From: Candidatus Obscuribacterales bacterium
GTDB taxonomy: Bacteria; Cyanobacteriota; Vampirovibrionia; Obscuribacterales; Obscuribacteraceae
Assembly (NCBI GenBank): GCA_965228855.1
Contig: CBDDIJ010000003.1
Coordinates: forward strand, 608,001 to 672,000
Reading direction: 5' to 3'
DNA: 64,000 nt
The notes beneath the pieces were generated by a model that searched no databases, was not told where the DNA came from, and saw only the letters and a program-made list of their open reading frames with translations. Position numbers and translations under genes: made by a program. This document shows, in pieces, positions 1 to 10,065 of the stretch (its first letter is position 1; every line of letters begins with the position of its first letter).

Positions 1-2
1 TG

Positions 3-365
3 CTCACTCCAGGTGTACTCAAGTTGTTCAGTGGAGCGCTTATTGCAGGTCTGATGAGCACTTTCCGTTCTATGACTGTTTCAGTAGACGAGAAACAAAT
101 TGCGTTGCGATTCGGCGCCTGGCTGGAAGCGAAGAAGATCAACGTTGTGTCAATCAAATCATTTCGCAAGACGCGCATGAGCCCAATCAATGGCTGGGGC
201 ATCCACTTTGTCGGAAATGGATGGCTATACAACATTTACGGACTCGATGCGGTTGAAGTCGAATTGCTTGACGGAAGCAAAACGTTCATCGGCACCGACC
301 AGCCGCAGGCGTTGTGTGAGGCGATCACTCAGGCTTTGGTCGACCTGGAGCCCTCTCCGCATTAA
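3..365 (+). CDS. Hypothetical membrane-associated protein, 5'-partial (PH-like/DUF3093-like C-terminus)
   Basis: Frame is open to the window start; GWGIH..W.YNI.G..AVE.EL..G...IGTD.P pattern is typical of this small membrane family. Confidence 0.6.
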   Translation, partial: LTPGVLKLFSGALIAGLMSTFRSMTVSVDEKQIALRFGAWLEAKKINVVSIKSFRKTRMSPINGWGIHFVGNGWLYNIYGLDAVEVELLDGSKTFIGTDQPQALCEAITQALVDLEPSPH

Positions 366-413
366 AACCGCTCGCAATCATATCGAAGCTGCTGTCTTCC
401 AGCTAATATTCTG

Positions 414-447
414 ACGATGACGAACTAGACCGACGTTTCGTCGTCGT
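414..447. terminator. Candidate hairpin between convergent genes
   Basis: ACGATGACGAA (414-424) pairs with TTCGTCGTCGT (437-447), 12-nt loop, one wobble. Confidence 0.35.
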
Positions 448-471
448 AATTTCAATGTTCGTGGTTTCGAA

Positions 472-636
472 TTAATATCCGCGGTCCGCTAGATATGCGG
501 ACTTCACTGCTTTGTAGGCAATGTATCCGTAAACCAGAAACAGCAAGGTAAATCCGATGACGTAAAACTTGAAGCCGAACCTGAGAAGGGGTCGGAGAAG
601 GAGGTCAATAAAAAGTATCCCGGTACCAGCGCCCAT
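472..636 (-). CDS. Small 54-aa single-pass membrane protein (not in ORF track)
   Basis: Manual translation MGAGTGILFIDLLLRPLLRFGFKFYVIGFTLLFLVYGYIAYKAVKSAYLADRGY*; GAGG 8 nt upstream of ATG; fills an otherwise empty gap. Confidence 0.55.
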   Translation of the reverse strand: MGAGTGILFIDLLLRPLLRFGFKFYVIGFTLLFLVYGYIAYKAVKSAYLADRGY

Positions 637-906
637 TGCTTAAGCCTCTGACTATGCACCATTGAAGGGAATGAAGACGATGGAAATTTTAGCGCGCCAC
701 CATATCTGACGTCACAGTTGTAAATGTAAAATGTTGCCAGTCTTTCGCCTCCTCTTGAAAAGGTGGCTGAAGCCTAATTTTGAGGCTCTTCTTTTCAAAG
801 ATGTGCGGTGGTTTCGACTGGGCGTGGCGCGGCTCGCGCATCTTTGCAACTGGTGGTAATTGAACCATGAATGCTCAGGGTGCCTTCGGTCTGAGACAAT
901 GAGGCG

Positions 907-2493
907 ATGTCTGAAGCTGTTTCCTCTCCAAACCGTTCTGAAAGATTTCTAGAAGGTGCTCTGTTCTTTGCACTGGTAATCCATTTCGTCGCCACCGTCT
1001 CCATGGGATTGCTCCTGTTGCCCGCCATGCCTGGTGCCATCAACTCCGACGTCGACCGGGTCCGGTATATTGCTGAGCATCAGGTCTTGTGGCACATTGG
1101 CTGGTTGCCGTGGCATCTTTGTGCGCTGTCGGATTTCGTTCTAGCCGTTGCGATGTTTCGAACACGCTGGATTCCTAAGATTCCGGTGATCGCCACTTTT
1201 GTATTTACGCTGCTGGCTGTGGCAGTAGAGCAACCGGCGGAGTTGCGCTGGAACCTAGAAGGGGTTTCAGTCGCACAGCTATGCATGAAGGCCAACGACA
1301 TTGCGCCTTACCTTGATTTTGAGAGTGAAGTCTACTTGCTGGTCGCGGCGGTAGCGGCAGTTCTCTACGCATTCATGGCTATCTGTTGGACCTGGGCGTT
1401 TGCGGCTGCTGGAACATGGAATCGCTTACTAACGTGGGTTTCAATATTCACATGGTCCACGTTGACATTTGCGGCTGCCGGTCCACTGCTGCCCGAGCCA
1501 TATCGCCCGCCGGCACTTGTGTCGGGCATTGCGAATGCCGTTGGTTTCAACGGTATGGCACTTTGGTTTATTCTTGTACTGGAAGCTGTTTTGCGCAGAT
1601 CCAGGATCAACGAATTCTGGGGAAGAATGGCCAACTGGCGTCATCCGCGAGCCGGATTGACTGGAACAGTGTTGACCGCTATCGGAAACAGTCGTGTTCT
1701 TCGATACCTGGGTGAGATAGTCCCGGCAGTTAGAATGGTCAGTGACATCGAAGACGTAATTTACATCAACTATCTTGTGGATGCAAAACTGCTGGAGCCG
1801 CTTGTACCGCTCGGTTTGGAGTTGCAACGTCTGGGACCTGAGCAGAGCTATGCGTTGTTTACAGTCCTGACCTACAAACACGGCAATTTTGGTCCTCAGG
1901 TTTTCGGTCCTCTGCGGAAATTTCTTCCGTCACCGGTTCAAAGCAATTGGCGAATTCACGTTCGTGATCGTGCCGGTGTCGAGGGAATTTTCTTTGTTGC
2001 GACGGTTGTTACCAGTTCAATTGTTTCGCTAGGAGGAAGAATCTTCGCAGACGGGGTTCCCATGCACATTGCCGAGGCTGGCTCAGTCACCACCGGTAGT
2101 GACGGTGGGTTTGCTGTTACTCTTGTCGCTGGCACTGGCTCGTCACCAGATATAGTGGCGAAGCTATTGCCGTGCAGCAAACCAGTTTTAACCGGATCCT
2201 GGCAAGAGTGTTTTCGCGATTTCGATTCATTTCTTGCCTATTGCGTTCCACAAGACCGAGCTATATCAGGGCAACCCTGGTATCAACAGATAACTAAACA
2301 AGAAATCAATCTCGGGATTCCGCTCAGCAGCTGCGAGCCACTTGAAGGCAAGATTCAATCTCGGACCATCGATCAGCTAATTGGTCGAGGACCGCAACCG
2401 ATTTGCTTCCGTGTTCCACGAGTCAGCTTCTCGCTCGAGAAAGTTGATAGATACAGAATGGATAAAAAAGATCGTGGAAGTGAGTTGAGTTAA
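907..2493 (+). CDS. Multi-pass membrane protein fused to a DUF2071/YqjF-like (acetoacetate decarboxylase-like fold) domain
   Basis: About 6 hydrophobic segments in the first 230 aa, then DVIYINYLVDAKLLEPLVP.GLEL and NWRIHVRD..G..GIFF motifs; GAGG RBS. Confidence 0.6.
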   Translation: MSEAVSSPNRSERFLEGALFFALVIHFVATVSMGLLLLPAMPGAINSDVDRVRYIAEHQVLWHIGWLPWHLCALSDFVLAVAMFRTRWIPKIPVIATFVFTLLAVAVEQPAELRWNLEGVSVAQLCMKANDIAPYLDFESEVYLLVAAVAAVLYAFMAICWTWAFAAAGTWNRLLTWVSIFTWSTLTFAAAGPLLPEPYRPPALVSGIANAVGFNGMALWFILVLEAVLRRSRINEFWGRMANWRHPRAGLTGTVLTAIGNSRVLRYLGEIVPAVRMVSDIEDVIYINYLVDAKLLEPLVPLGLELQRLGPEQSYALFTVLTYKHGNFGPQVFGPLRKFLPSPVQSNWRIHVRDRAGVEGIFFVATVVTSSIVSLGGRIFADGVPMHIAEAGSVTTGSDGGFAVTLVAGTGSSPDIVAKLLPCSKPVLTGSWQECFRDFDSFLAYCVPQDRAISGQPWYQQITKQEINLGIPLSSCEPLEGKIQSRTIDQLIGRGPQPICFRVPRVSFSLEKVDRYRMDKKDRGSELS

Positions 2494-2590
2494 CGTCACA
2501 CAGTCTTGAAATGTTTGTTGAGCTGCGTTTAGTCTAATAAAACGTTTTTGGTGTCAGTGTAAACGAGAGAAGAAATCAGGAGTGAGCAAC

Positions 2591-2995
2591 ATGAAGCGCG
2601 AGAATTTTTCCACCAACACTCCATGGGAACCAATCGTTGGATACTCGCGAGCAGTGCGGGTCGGTCAGCATGTTTTCGTTTCGGGAACGACCGCTACCGA
2701 TGAGAAAGGAGAATTGGTCGGTCTCGGAGATGCTTACGAGCAGGCGATGCAAATACTGCGTAATATCGAGACCGCGTTGCTACGCGCTGGTGCAAGTTTA
2801 AAAGATGTTGTAAGAACCCGCATCTACGTTACCGACATCTCAACGTGGGAAGAAGTCGGCAAAGCGCATGGCGAGTTCTTCCGTGATATCAGACCTGCGA
2901 CGGCTCTGCTCGAAGTGAGCAAACTTGTTTCACCGAACATGCTTGTCGAAATCGAGGCAGACGCTATAGTCGGCGATAAAACGTTCGATGATTAG
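2591..2995 (+). CDS. RidA/YjgF/UK114 family protein
   Basis: [58 protein letters not shown] supports ATG 2591. Confidence 0.9.
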   Translation: MKRENFSTNTPWEPIVGYSRAVRVGQHVFVSGTTATDEKGELVGLGDAYEQAMQILRNIETALLRAGASLKDVVRTRIYVTDISTWEEVGKAHGEFFRDIRPATALLEVSKLVSPNMLVEIEADAIVGDKTFDD

Positions 2996-4599
2996 TTGCT
3001 GCTCTCCCAGGGCCACCTGAAGCCCTGAGGCTTTGGCTTTGTAGGTAGGTATACGAGCTTTGTGTTCCACGGGATTTTATGCAGTCCATTTGGATCCACA
3101 GTTAGCAGATGTTGCACTCGTATCGTGCGTCCTGGATCATCATCGTAAACTTGAGAATTCCAGAATCTTCTTCCTACAAAGTAAGATTCGACATAGTCGT
3201 CCCAGCTTTTGTAGAGTTTTTGAATACGAACCGCCGCCGGTAGCATAATAGCGAAAGCTTCTTCTTCTGTTAAGTAGCCTGCCGTGTATCCCCAGCGGCA
3301 ACTCGATATTACTCGCCCTAACTCGTAAGCCAATATCCCGCGATCTCCAAATTTGTCGCCATACTTTTGGATGAGTTGAACTTCAGATGAACTTTTCTTT
3401 TGCCCTTTAAAATATGCCGGATTTTTTTTGTAAGCTTCTCGCATTGCAATCCACGATGGATTGCACATCTGACCGTTAGTGCACTTGATCGCGGCGGCCT
3501 TCAGCTCTGCTGCATTGTGTATCTTCCATGAACTCGCCATCTTATCTCGTTCTTCTTCGCGACGCTCCGGCGTCGGTTCGGCACCCGGCAGAGACTCGAA
3601 GCCCTGGTTATTGTATTCAGAAATTGGAGCTGAGCATGCCAAAACCCAACGCTTGGCCGGATCCTTTTCCGCATGAAGATGGTCGTATTCGAAATTATCT
3701 ATTCGTTGCTTCCACCAATCCATCTCTGTCCAACCTTTACTCTCGGAAAGCTTGATATCAGAGCGAGCGGCGTAAAAATCGAACAACCTGGCATTCGATT
3801 TGCTTCGAATGAAGTACGCTTTTGGGTTGGCCCCAGCCAGAACGACCTTGTTGCAATTGTGACGCGCCCATTGGTACTGCGCGTCATAATACTGTAGCTC
3901 TGCTTTGAGTAGAAGAGTTCCTGGATCTTCTGGTGCCATCGCATGTAGTACCAGCAAATCCTGCTTCGCCAGATCGATTTCATCAAGTTCAAAGTATAGG
4001 TCGCCTCTTTGGACTCTGGCCTCAATGTTTTTGGGATCTAGTTTGATAATCTGTGAAAAGGTTTTGATCGCGTCGCTGTCTTCGTCATTGTTTCTAAGCA
4101 CATAAGCCTTTTGAAGAAGTGCGTCTATGTAGTTAGGATCCCGCTTAAGGGCGGCATTAAGGTATTTGAGTGTTGCCTCTTCACCATCCGGCCCTACGCA
4201 TACATACCACATCGCGAAATTATTCGAGGCGGAGCCCGGGTCGATAGCCAGACCAGCCTTAAATGACTTTTTGCCTTCGAACGAATTATGCCTGTACGAG
4301 TAGTCAGTCCAACCTTTAATAAAGAGTTCGCCGGCTTTTGTAGGTGTTCCGTCCTTTTTCTTGTCGGTACTGCTAATGGGGAATTTCATCTCCGCCATCT
4401 GGACGGGACTTGCCGTTTTTTTATCTGGCTTACCGACATTGTTGCCAGTCACAGTCGCCTTAGTCACGTTAGTCTTCGAGACGGCGGTGCTAGATTTGGC
4501 TGTTGGAGCCGGTGCCGCTAAACCGTCGCACTGCACGCCAAGTGAGAGAGCGAATGCGATAGCGATAGCAATTTGCATATGCAAAGTATGTTTTTCCAA
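2992..4599 (-). CDS. Exported TPR-repeat protein with C-terminal DUF1266 domain
   Basis: Signal-like N-terminus, TPR helices ([12 protein letters not shown]), C-terminal [35 protein letters not shown]; start moved to TTG 4599 (GGAG RBS) to avoid overlap with the upstream paralog. Confidence 0.7.
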   Translation of the reverse strand: MEKHTLHMQIAIAIAFALSLGVQCDGLAAPAPTAKSSTAVSKTNVTKATVTGNNVGKPDKKTASPVQMAEMKFPISSTDKKKDGTPTKAGELFIKGWTDYSYRHNSFEGKKSFKAGLAIDPGSASNNFAMWYVCVGPDGEEATLKYLNAALKRDPNYIDALLQKAYVLRNNDEDSDAIKTFSQIIKLDPKNIEARVQRGDLYFELDEIDLAKQDLLVLHAMAPEDPGTLLLKAELQYYDAQYQWARHNCNKVVLAGANPKAYFIRSKSNARLFDFYAARSDIKLSESKGWTEMDWWKQRIDNFEYDHLHAEKDPAKRWVLACSAPISEYNNQGFESLPGAEPTPERREEERDKMASSWKIHNAAELKAAAIKCTNGQMCNPSWIAMREAYKKNPAYFKGQKKSSSEVQLIQKYGDKFGDRGILAYELGRVISSCRWGYTAGYLTEEEAFAIMLPAAVRIQKLYKSWDDYVESYFVGRRFWNSQVYDDDPGRTIRVQHLLTVDPNGLHKIPWNTKLVYLPTKPKPQGFRWPWESSN

Positions 4600-4621
4600 A
4601 GGTTCTCCCACTCTACTGATG

Positions 4622-5950
4622 TTATTTTGCGTCGTACACAAGCTTAGTGTCCCAGGGAATCTTTCGCAAAATATTCGGATCTGATTTAAGCGAATGAATG
4701 ACACGGTCCACGCGAGCGGGGCCGTCAGTGTAACTAAAAGGGTTCCAAAATCTTCGCCCCACGAAGTAACCCGTGACGAAGTCATCCCAGTTGGTATACT
4801 CCTTTTGAATGCGCACCGCCGCTGGTAGCATCAGGTCGAAAGCTTCGCCTTCTGTGAGGAAGCCGCCCATGTATCCCCATCGGCAGAGGGAGACTACTCG
4901 GCTAAGATCGAAGGCTTGAATGCCATGCTCTCCGAATTTGTCTCCATATTCCTTGATTAACATCAATTTTGTGTCGCCTTCTTTCCCGTCGAACGCGGCC
5001 GGATTTTTTTTATAGGCGCGATAGGTTGCCATCCATCGAGGATGATGCATTCCCCCGTTCAGCAACCTGGTGATTGTATTTACTAACTTAGTTTTGCTGG
5101 TAATTCCCCACCATTCGTCGAGGGTCCGCAACTCCTCGGCTTTTTGCTGCGCGTTGGGTTCGGCTCCAGCAAGAGATTCTATTCCCCGGTTATTGAATTC
5201 GAACATCGGTGCGGAGCAGGCTAACGCCCAACGTTTGGCAGGATCCTTTTCCGCGTGTTTATGATCCCACTCGAAATCGGAAAGTCGCTCTCGTTCCCAT
5301 TTTAAGTCGCTCAATCCCTTATTGCCAGCGAGCGTCAGGTCTGATTGTGCGGCAGGAAAGTTGAACAAACGAGCGTGAGCATTGCTGCGCAGAAAGTAGG
5401 TTCTAGCAGTTGCATCTTTAGATAAAATTTTGTCGCAGCTGGCAATTGCTGATTTGTATTGGGCGTCGTAGCTTTGTAGCTCGGACATCAGGGTGAGCGT
5501 TCTCAGATTTTCAGGACCAAAATTGTTTGCGCTTACCAGGTCCTTTCGGGCGTTCGGCAAGTCGTTGTAAGAGTAATAAGATAAACCTCTCCAAGCATAC
5601 GCCTCTGCGTTTTTCGGATCCATTTCAATCACTGAATCAAATGCTTTGATGGCGTTTCGGTATTGACCCTTTCTCCAGCAATTTGCTCCTTTGAGCATTA
5701 ACTGCGACTTGCTGTCACTGTTAACTCCTGCCGAAGTTTGTTCCCGCGACGTCGTTTGGTTGGCTTGCTTTCGGCTGGCATTCAGACTGGTCGTCGCTGT
5801 TTTGGAACTCAAGATTTTGTCGCTCTTTGTTCCAGACTTTTCGGTCGCAGCGAAGGCAGTGCTCCATCCGTGCACTGTCCCGACCACGAGGATAATGCCT
5901 GTAGCTCTAGCGATTGGAATGTATGTTTTTAAATACACTGTTGATCTCAA
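4622..5950 (-). CDS. Exported TPR-repeat protein with C-terminal DUF1266 domain (paralog of 2992-4599)
   Basis: Shares [38 protein letters not shown] and KIPW.TKLVY blocks with its neighbour. Confidence 0.7.
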   Translation of the reverse strand: MRSTVYLKTYIPIARATGIILVVGTVHGWSTAFAATEKSGTKSDKILSSKTATTSLNASRKQANQTTSREQTSAGVNSDSKSQLMLKGANCWRKGQYRNAIKAFDSVIEMDPKNAEAYAWRGLSYYSYNDLPNARKDLVSANNFGPENLRTLTLMSELQSYDAQYKSAIASCDKILSKDATARTYFLRSNAHARLFNFPAAQSDLTLAGNKGLSDLKWERERLSDFEWDHKHAEKDPAKRWALACSAPMFEFNNRGIESLAGAEPNAQQKAEELRTLDEWWGITSKTKLVNTITRLLNGGMHHPRWMATYRAYKKNPAAFDGKEGDTKLMLIKEYGDKFGEHGIQAFDLSRVVSLCRWGYMGGFLTEGEAFDLMLPAAVRIQKEYTNWDDFVTGYFVGRRFWNPFSYTDGPARVDRVIHSLKSDPNILRKIPWDTKLVYDAK

Positions 5951-6038
5951 ACAAAAGGTGACATTCCCTTATACCCTGTTTTGCGATAAGCTTGAGTGAG
6001 TCAGTCCGATTAGAACCTGAGGGCGGAAAGAGCGAGCG

Positions 6039-6425
6039 ATGAAAACGAGAAAGTTGAACATCTTTTTTATTGGCGCCCTGGCACTGTCGATCATTGGCGG
6101 TATCGCTTATGGTCAGCTGGTACCGCGCGAGGCGTTCTTGAAGGACATGGATGCTGCAGAGTTACTGCAGATTATGGCAACAGAAAAAAGTGCGCATTCT
6201 CGAATTGAGAAGATTACTGAATGTGCCGAAGGGGGCGAACTTCCTGACTGGATTGTTGAGTTTAAAAATCCAAACGCTGAGAGAATTGTTCGCAATTTCA
6301 ACATGGATCAAAGAAACGAAGCTATCCAAAGAGTCGCAGAATATAGGATTCGGAAGTTTAATATGCAACCGGATGATTCGGGTGCCTCCGTTCTAATCCG
6401 AAGTATTTTCGGTATGAATCGCTAA
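6039..6425 (+). CDS. Hypothetical exported or membrane-anchored protein
   Basis: 128-aa ORF with basic and hydrophobic N-terminus; fills the gap. Confidence 0.55.
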   Translation: MKTRKLNIFFIGALALSIIGGIAYGQLVPREAFLKDMDAAELLQIMATEKSAHSRIEKITECAEGGELPDWIVEFKNPNAERIVRNFNMDQRNEAIQRVAEYRIRKFNMQPDDSGASVLIRSIFGMNR

Positions 6426-6495
6426 CAATCTCTTCGAGCAAAGATCACCCTTTCGTACGAGTTTGAATTTTCGATTTGAGGGAACGAACGGCGGC

Positions 6496-6515
6496 TGCTA
6501 CCGTATGCGGTAGCA
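6496..6515. terminator. Candidate hairpin terminator between convergent genes
   Basis: TGCTACCG-TATG-CGGTAGCA, perfect 8-bp stem. Confidence 0.45.
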
Positions 6516-6548
6516 CCAAACAGAGAAGCCACGCTCGCTGATTGTTTC

Positions 6549-7922
6549 CTATTTCAAGTTAAGCAACTGTTGAACCGACTCTCTGAATACTCTGGTGTGA
6601 TGATAGATGTCGGCTTCGGTTGTTGCTGGGCACATCAATGCCATGTTGTGAAACGGAGTCATTAAGATGCCGCGATTTAGCGCGGCGAGGTGCATATAGC
6701 GGTCCAGCTCATAGTCGCCTGATGCCGCCGCTTCTCCGCCGTTGACCGGCGGCTTATCGCGGAACCAATATTCCGCGCGGCAACCCAGTTGTTGTACAAC
6801 CCAGGGCAAATTGAACTCTTTGATATTCTCTTCGACACCTTTTACGAAACGATCGCACAGCGGAATTGTTTTTCGATAGGCGTCTTCGGTTAGAACCTTT
6901 TCCAGTGTGGCGCGCATAGCTGCGATGGAGAGCGCGTTGCCTGCCAGCGTCCCACCGATGCCTGAAGTATCGCAGTCTTCGACCTTCGAGTTCGCGAATA
7001 TTCGTTGTGCAATTTCCTCAGTGCAACCATAGACAGCACCTGGTATTCCACTGCCCAGTGGTTTGCCCAGTGTCATCATATCCGGTGCCAGATTGTGCGT
7101 ACCGGTGTAGCCTCCGGGACCGGTGCAAATTGTGTGGGTTTCATCGTAAATCAAGATCGTGTCAGTCTTTCGTGTGAGCTCACGAAGCGCGTCGAGGAAG
7201 CCGGGCTTGGGATGCACGATTCCGATGTTTGTCATGACGGGCTCTGCTAAAACGCAAGCTACGTCTTTAGCAGCGAGTGCTTTCTCTAGAGCATCAATGT
7301 CGTTGAATTCGACGACCTTTGTTGTTTTTACCGGGTCAATTTGCGGTCCGCAGTTTCCCTTGCGAGCATGCGGTTTGCCGTCCACAAGCGTGATGAACGA
7401 TTCATCTACGGTACCGTGGTAGCACCAGTTGAATACGAGGACATAAGGTCGTCCAGTGATCTGGCGGGCCAGCCGTAGTGCGAAACGGTTTGCATCGGTC
7501 GCCGTCAAGGTGAATTGCCAGTACTTTAAACCGAAGCGCCGATGCAGTTCTTCACCAACCCACAAACTGTTTTCGGTCGGCAGCATGTAAGTGATGCCCT
7601 TGTTGATTTGTTCGATAATCGAGGCTGTAGATTGCTCCGGCGAGTGACCGGTCATCGCGCCCGTGTCGCCGAGGCAAAGGTCGACGTAGTCATTACCGTC
7701 CACGTCAGTAAAGTGAGCGCCCTTCGCTTCTTTTACGAATACAGGGTATGGCGACGCCCACTTGATCATCCAATTCATAGGGACGCCGCCGAGCAGGTGT
7801 TCTTGCGCCTTCTGAAAAAGTTCAGCCGACTTCGGGTGATCTTTTCTGAACAGTTCTTCTTCTTTCTTGAGAAGCTCGTCAAGTCTGGTTCTATCGATAG
7901 TACTCAAATTCGTTGATGACAT
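6549..7922 (-). CDS. Class III PLP-dependent aminotransferase (GSA aminomutase-like), substrate unknown
   Basis: GAHFTDVDGN.YVD, YHG, AEP, LIYDETHT, TLGK (PLP Lys), GGTLAGN. Confidence 0.85.
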   Translation of the reverse strand: MSSTNLSTIDRTRLDELLKKEEELFRKDHPKSAELFQKAQEHLLGGVPMNWMIKWASPYPVFVKEAKGAHFTDVDGNDYVDLCLGDTGAMTGHSPEQSTASIIEQINKGITYMLPTENSLWVGEELHRRFGLKYWQFTLTATDANRFALRLARQITGRPYVLVFNWCYHGTVDESFITLVDGKPHARKGNCGPQIDPVKTTKVVEFNDIDALEKALAAKDVACVLAEPVMTNIGIVHPKPGFLDALRELTRKTDTILIYDETHTICTGPGGYTGTHNLAPDMMTLGKPLGSGIPGAVYGCTEEIAQRIFANSKVEDCDTSGIGGTLAGNALSIAAMRATLEKVLTEDAYRKTIPLCDRFVKGVEENIKEFNLPWVVQQLGCRAEYWFRDKPPVNGGEAAASGDYELDRYMHLAALNRGILMTPFHNMALMCPATTEADIYHHTRVFRESVQQLLNLK

Positions 7923-8071
7923 GCTCTCCGCCCTCTATTCTGCGATGCATATCTTATCGAATGCGGGTCACCCGCGCATTAACCTTGATAATTGATTGGG
8001 TTGTCGAGAATCTGTTTCTTCCGGTGCCTGAGGGCGGCAGGTAAACGAACACTAAATACGTCTGGAAAAGT

Positions 8072-8776
8072 TCAACCCGGTCTGCGATAGATGCAGCTGA
8101 AGCTTGTAGCATCGTGCCAATCAACCGCAGGAGTCAGCCGGCGTTTCCATTCGCGATTTTGGGCAACACGATGGAGCGAGCGCAGACCGCCCAGTGCTTT
8201 CTGCAAGGCAGTTTCATCCGCTGCTTCGAAGATAGTGAGATGCCGGACCTTCTCTCGCCCGACGCTAGAGTAACGGCGACAGGCTGCAAAGCTGGGAATG
8301 TCGGCAATTTGCAATGGCAGATACTCTGTTTCGTACCAGGACTGAAACTGGTCGTCTGCCTCCGGCTTCATCTCTAGTGACCAGAGCAAAAACGGTCTGC
8401 TTCCAAAGTGTCCGTCGAGGGGGATGCGCTGATGCTCCCATCGCGGAGTATATGAAATTCGACTGAAGTGTTTTAAGTCATTCGTTTTCCACGACTGAAA
8501 CTCGCGCGTCAAGTCCTGCATGCCTTTGCGCTGAAAAATCTCATCAGCGTTGGCTATCGCCTCTTTATTCGCGAGTTCGTAAATAGTGACGTACTGCTTG
8601 TTGTACCATCGCAATGAACTGCCGAAGTTCATTTCTTCGTATCGGAGAATTGATAAAACTTCGGGTGCCGACGCCAGAATTCCAGGAAGGAATTTATGCT
8701 GGTAGAAATCGTTGAATTCGCCCTCTTTTTCCGGCGCGACGCTCAAGGTGATAAGCATGATTGGATTAGGTTCCAT
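8072..8776 (-). CDS. Tandem EthD/DUF4286-like alpha-beta barrel protein
   Basis: Internal duplication: PEKEGEFNDFY...LP...RY...YVTIYE and PEADDQFQSWY...LP...RRY...HLTIFE; AAGGAG RBS. Confidence 0.6.
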   Translation of the reverse strand: MEPNPIMLITLSVAPEKEGEFNDFYQHKFLPGILASAPEVLSILRYEEMNFGSSLRWYNKQYVTIYELANKEAIANADEIFQRKGMQDLTREFQSWKTNDLKHFSRISYTPRWEHQRIPLDGHFGSRPFLLWSLEMKPEADDQFQSWYETEYLPLQIADIPSFAACRRYSSVGREKVRHLTIFEAADETALQKALGGLRSLHRVAQNREWKRRLTPAVDWHDATSFSCIYRRPG

Positions 8777-8930
8777 ACAAGCTCCTTTTAGAGGTTGTTC
8801 TTCGACTCGATGTGCAAATAGTACACCATCAAGTCACCGCCGGTGAGAATTTAGGTTATTGTAGAAAGATGCATCAAGGAATCCCAGGACCTCGTGGATT
8901 GACTCTCGTTTAGATACGACTCGGTGCCAA

Positions 8931-9743
8931 ATGCTCGTTTTGAAACTAGTTAGCAGTCTAGCTCTGTGCTCGTTGACGATTTTGTCAGCCATAGCCAGGG
9001 CACCGGATGGTGGTGCTACTCGGCGACGCCAACCTGCCGGTTTGGAAGCAATTCCATCCGGTGCTCATTTGGAATTGAAACAGATTCATCGAATCTATGG
9101 AAAGGTCAACGTACAAGTCACCAGGGACGGTGCACTCTTAAAAGGCGAAAACACTGATTATACTTTCGTCTGTCGTGCGCCTTCGTGGGACATGGTTCTG
9201 TTTTCCGACAAGAGACATATGGTTGCGCGTCGCTCTCGCGCAGATTGGTCAAAGAAAGGTATTAAAACGGCCCTGAGCATTATGGACAACTCCGCGCTGC
9301 ATAAGTGGCCGCGCACTCTTGTCGCAACTAAGAATTATCATGGTCTGAAATCCTGTGTGTATGCGTTTCCGTATAAATATGAGAACGGGTATCCGGCGGA
9401 CTTAAAACATGGAAAGTTCGGTGAGTACATTTTGTCTGATTCCAAGTTGGCTCGCGCCGAAGTGGTGTCTTTTCTGCAGGCTCTATATGATTGTCCGCCC
9501 GCTGACGGCATTCCGCTCAAGCTAGCTAAGTATGCCCAGGGTAATAGCTTCGGTCTCGGTTTGAATTACAACAAAAAGGAAGACATCGTTTCAATTTTGG
9601 AGACGGTGTCGACTGCGTTGATCAACAAACCTCTCGATATCTCCACGGCTCACACTAAGAATTACAAGCTCGTCTCTGAAAGCGACATCGTCGTGAAGCA
9701 TGACGATCTGTCAGATGCCTTTCAGCACCTGGTCGATGAGTAG
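8931..9743 (+). CDS. Hypothetical exported protein
   Basis: 270-aa ORF with signal-peptide-like N-terminus. Confidence 0.6.
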   Translation: MLVLKLVSSLALCSLTILSAIARAPDGGATRRRQPAGLEAIPSGAHLELKQIHRIYGKVNVQVTRDGALLKGENTDYTFVCRAPSWDMVLFSDKRHMVARRSRADWSKKGIKTALSIMDNSALHKWPRTLVATKNYHGLKSCVYAFPYKYENGYPADLKHGKFGEYILSDSKLARAEVVSFLQALYDCPPADGIPLKLAKYAQGNSFGLGLNYNKKEDIVSILETVSTALINKPLDISTAHTKNYKLVSESDIVVKHDDLSDAFQHLVDE

Positions 9744-9801
9744 CGTTTGGCGAAATCGAGGTCGTTTGCGCGTAGGCTCGAATTCCTTCACTCTACAAGC
9801 A

Positions 9802-10065
9802 TTACCGCGATTCTGCGACGGGATGTTCATCGACAGTAGGTGAATGCTTTTGTGTGCGAGGCGACAATTTTTCTCCCGCGAGAATGTATGGAGACAAACA
9901 GCAAGTGCACCCATCCGCAATACCGGTATTGGTGCCTTCCTGAATTGCTCGTGTCGTTTTGGGCAGGAGTTTCTGGTGGTTTTTTGGAACGTTTTCGGAC
10001 GCTAGACAAGCCGAAGCCAGGCTTGATAAAGCGAGGATTAGCGCCAAACCAAAAGAAGTTCTCAT
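9802..10065 (-). CDS. Small exported protein with CTCC motif
   Basis: Signal peptide MRTSFGLALILALSSLASACLA; start overlaps the upstream stop (TAATG). Confidence 0.55.
   Translation of the reverse strand: MRTSFGLALILALSSLASACLASENVPKNHQKLLPKTTRAIQEGTNTGIADGCTCCLSPYILAGEKLSPRTQKHSPTVDEHPVAESR

Noticed and set aside
4600..4785. Long N-terminus of the 597-aa ORF
   Set aside because: Overlaps the upstream paralog; RBS and signal peptide favour a start near 4599
6549..7922. Calling the aminotransferase hemL or argD
   Set aside because: Only family-level motifs; lacks the HemL GGV.SPVR pattern and is 10 kb from the arg cluster
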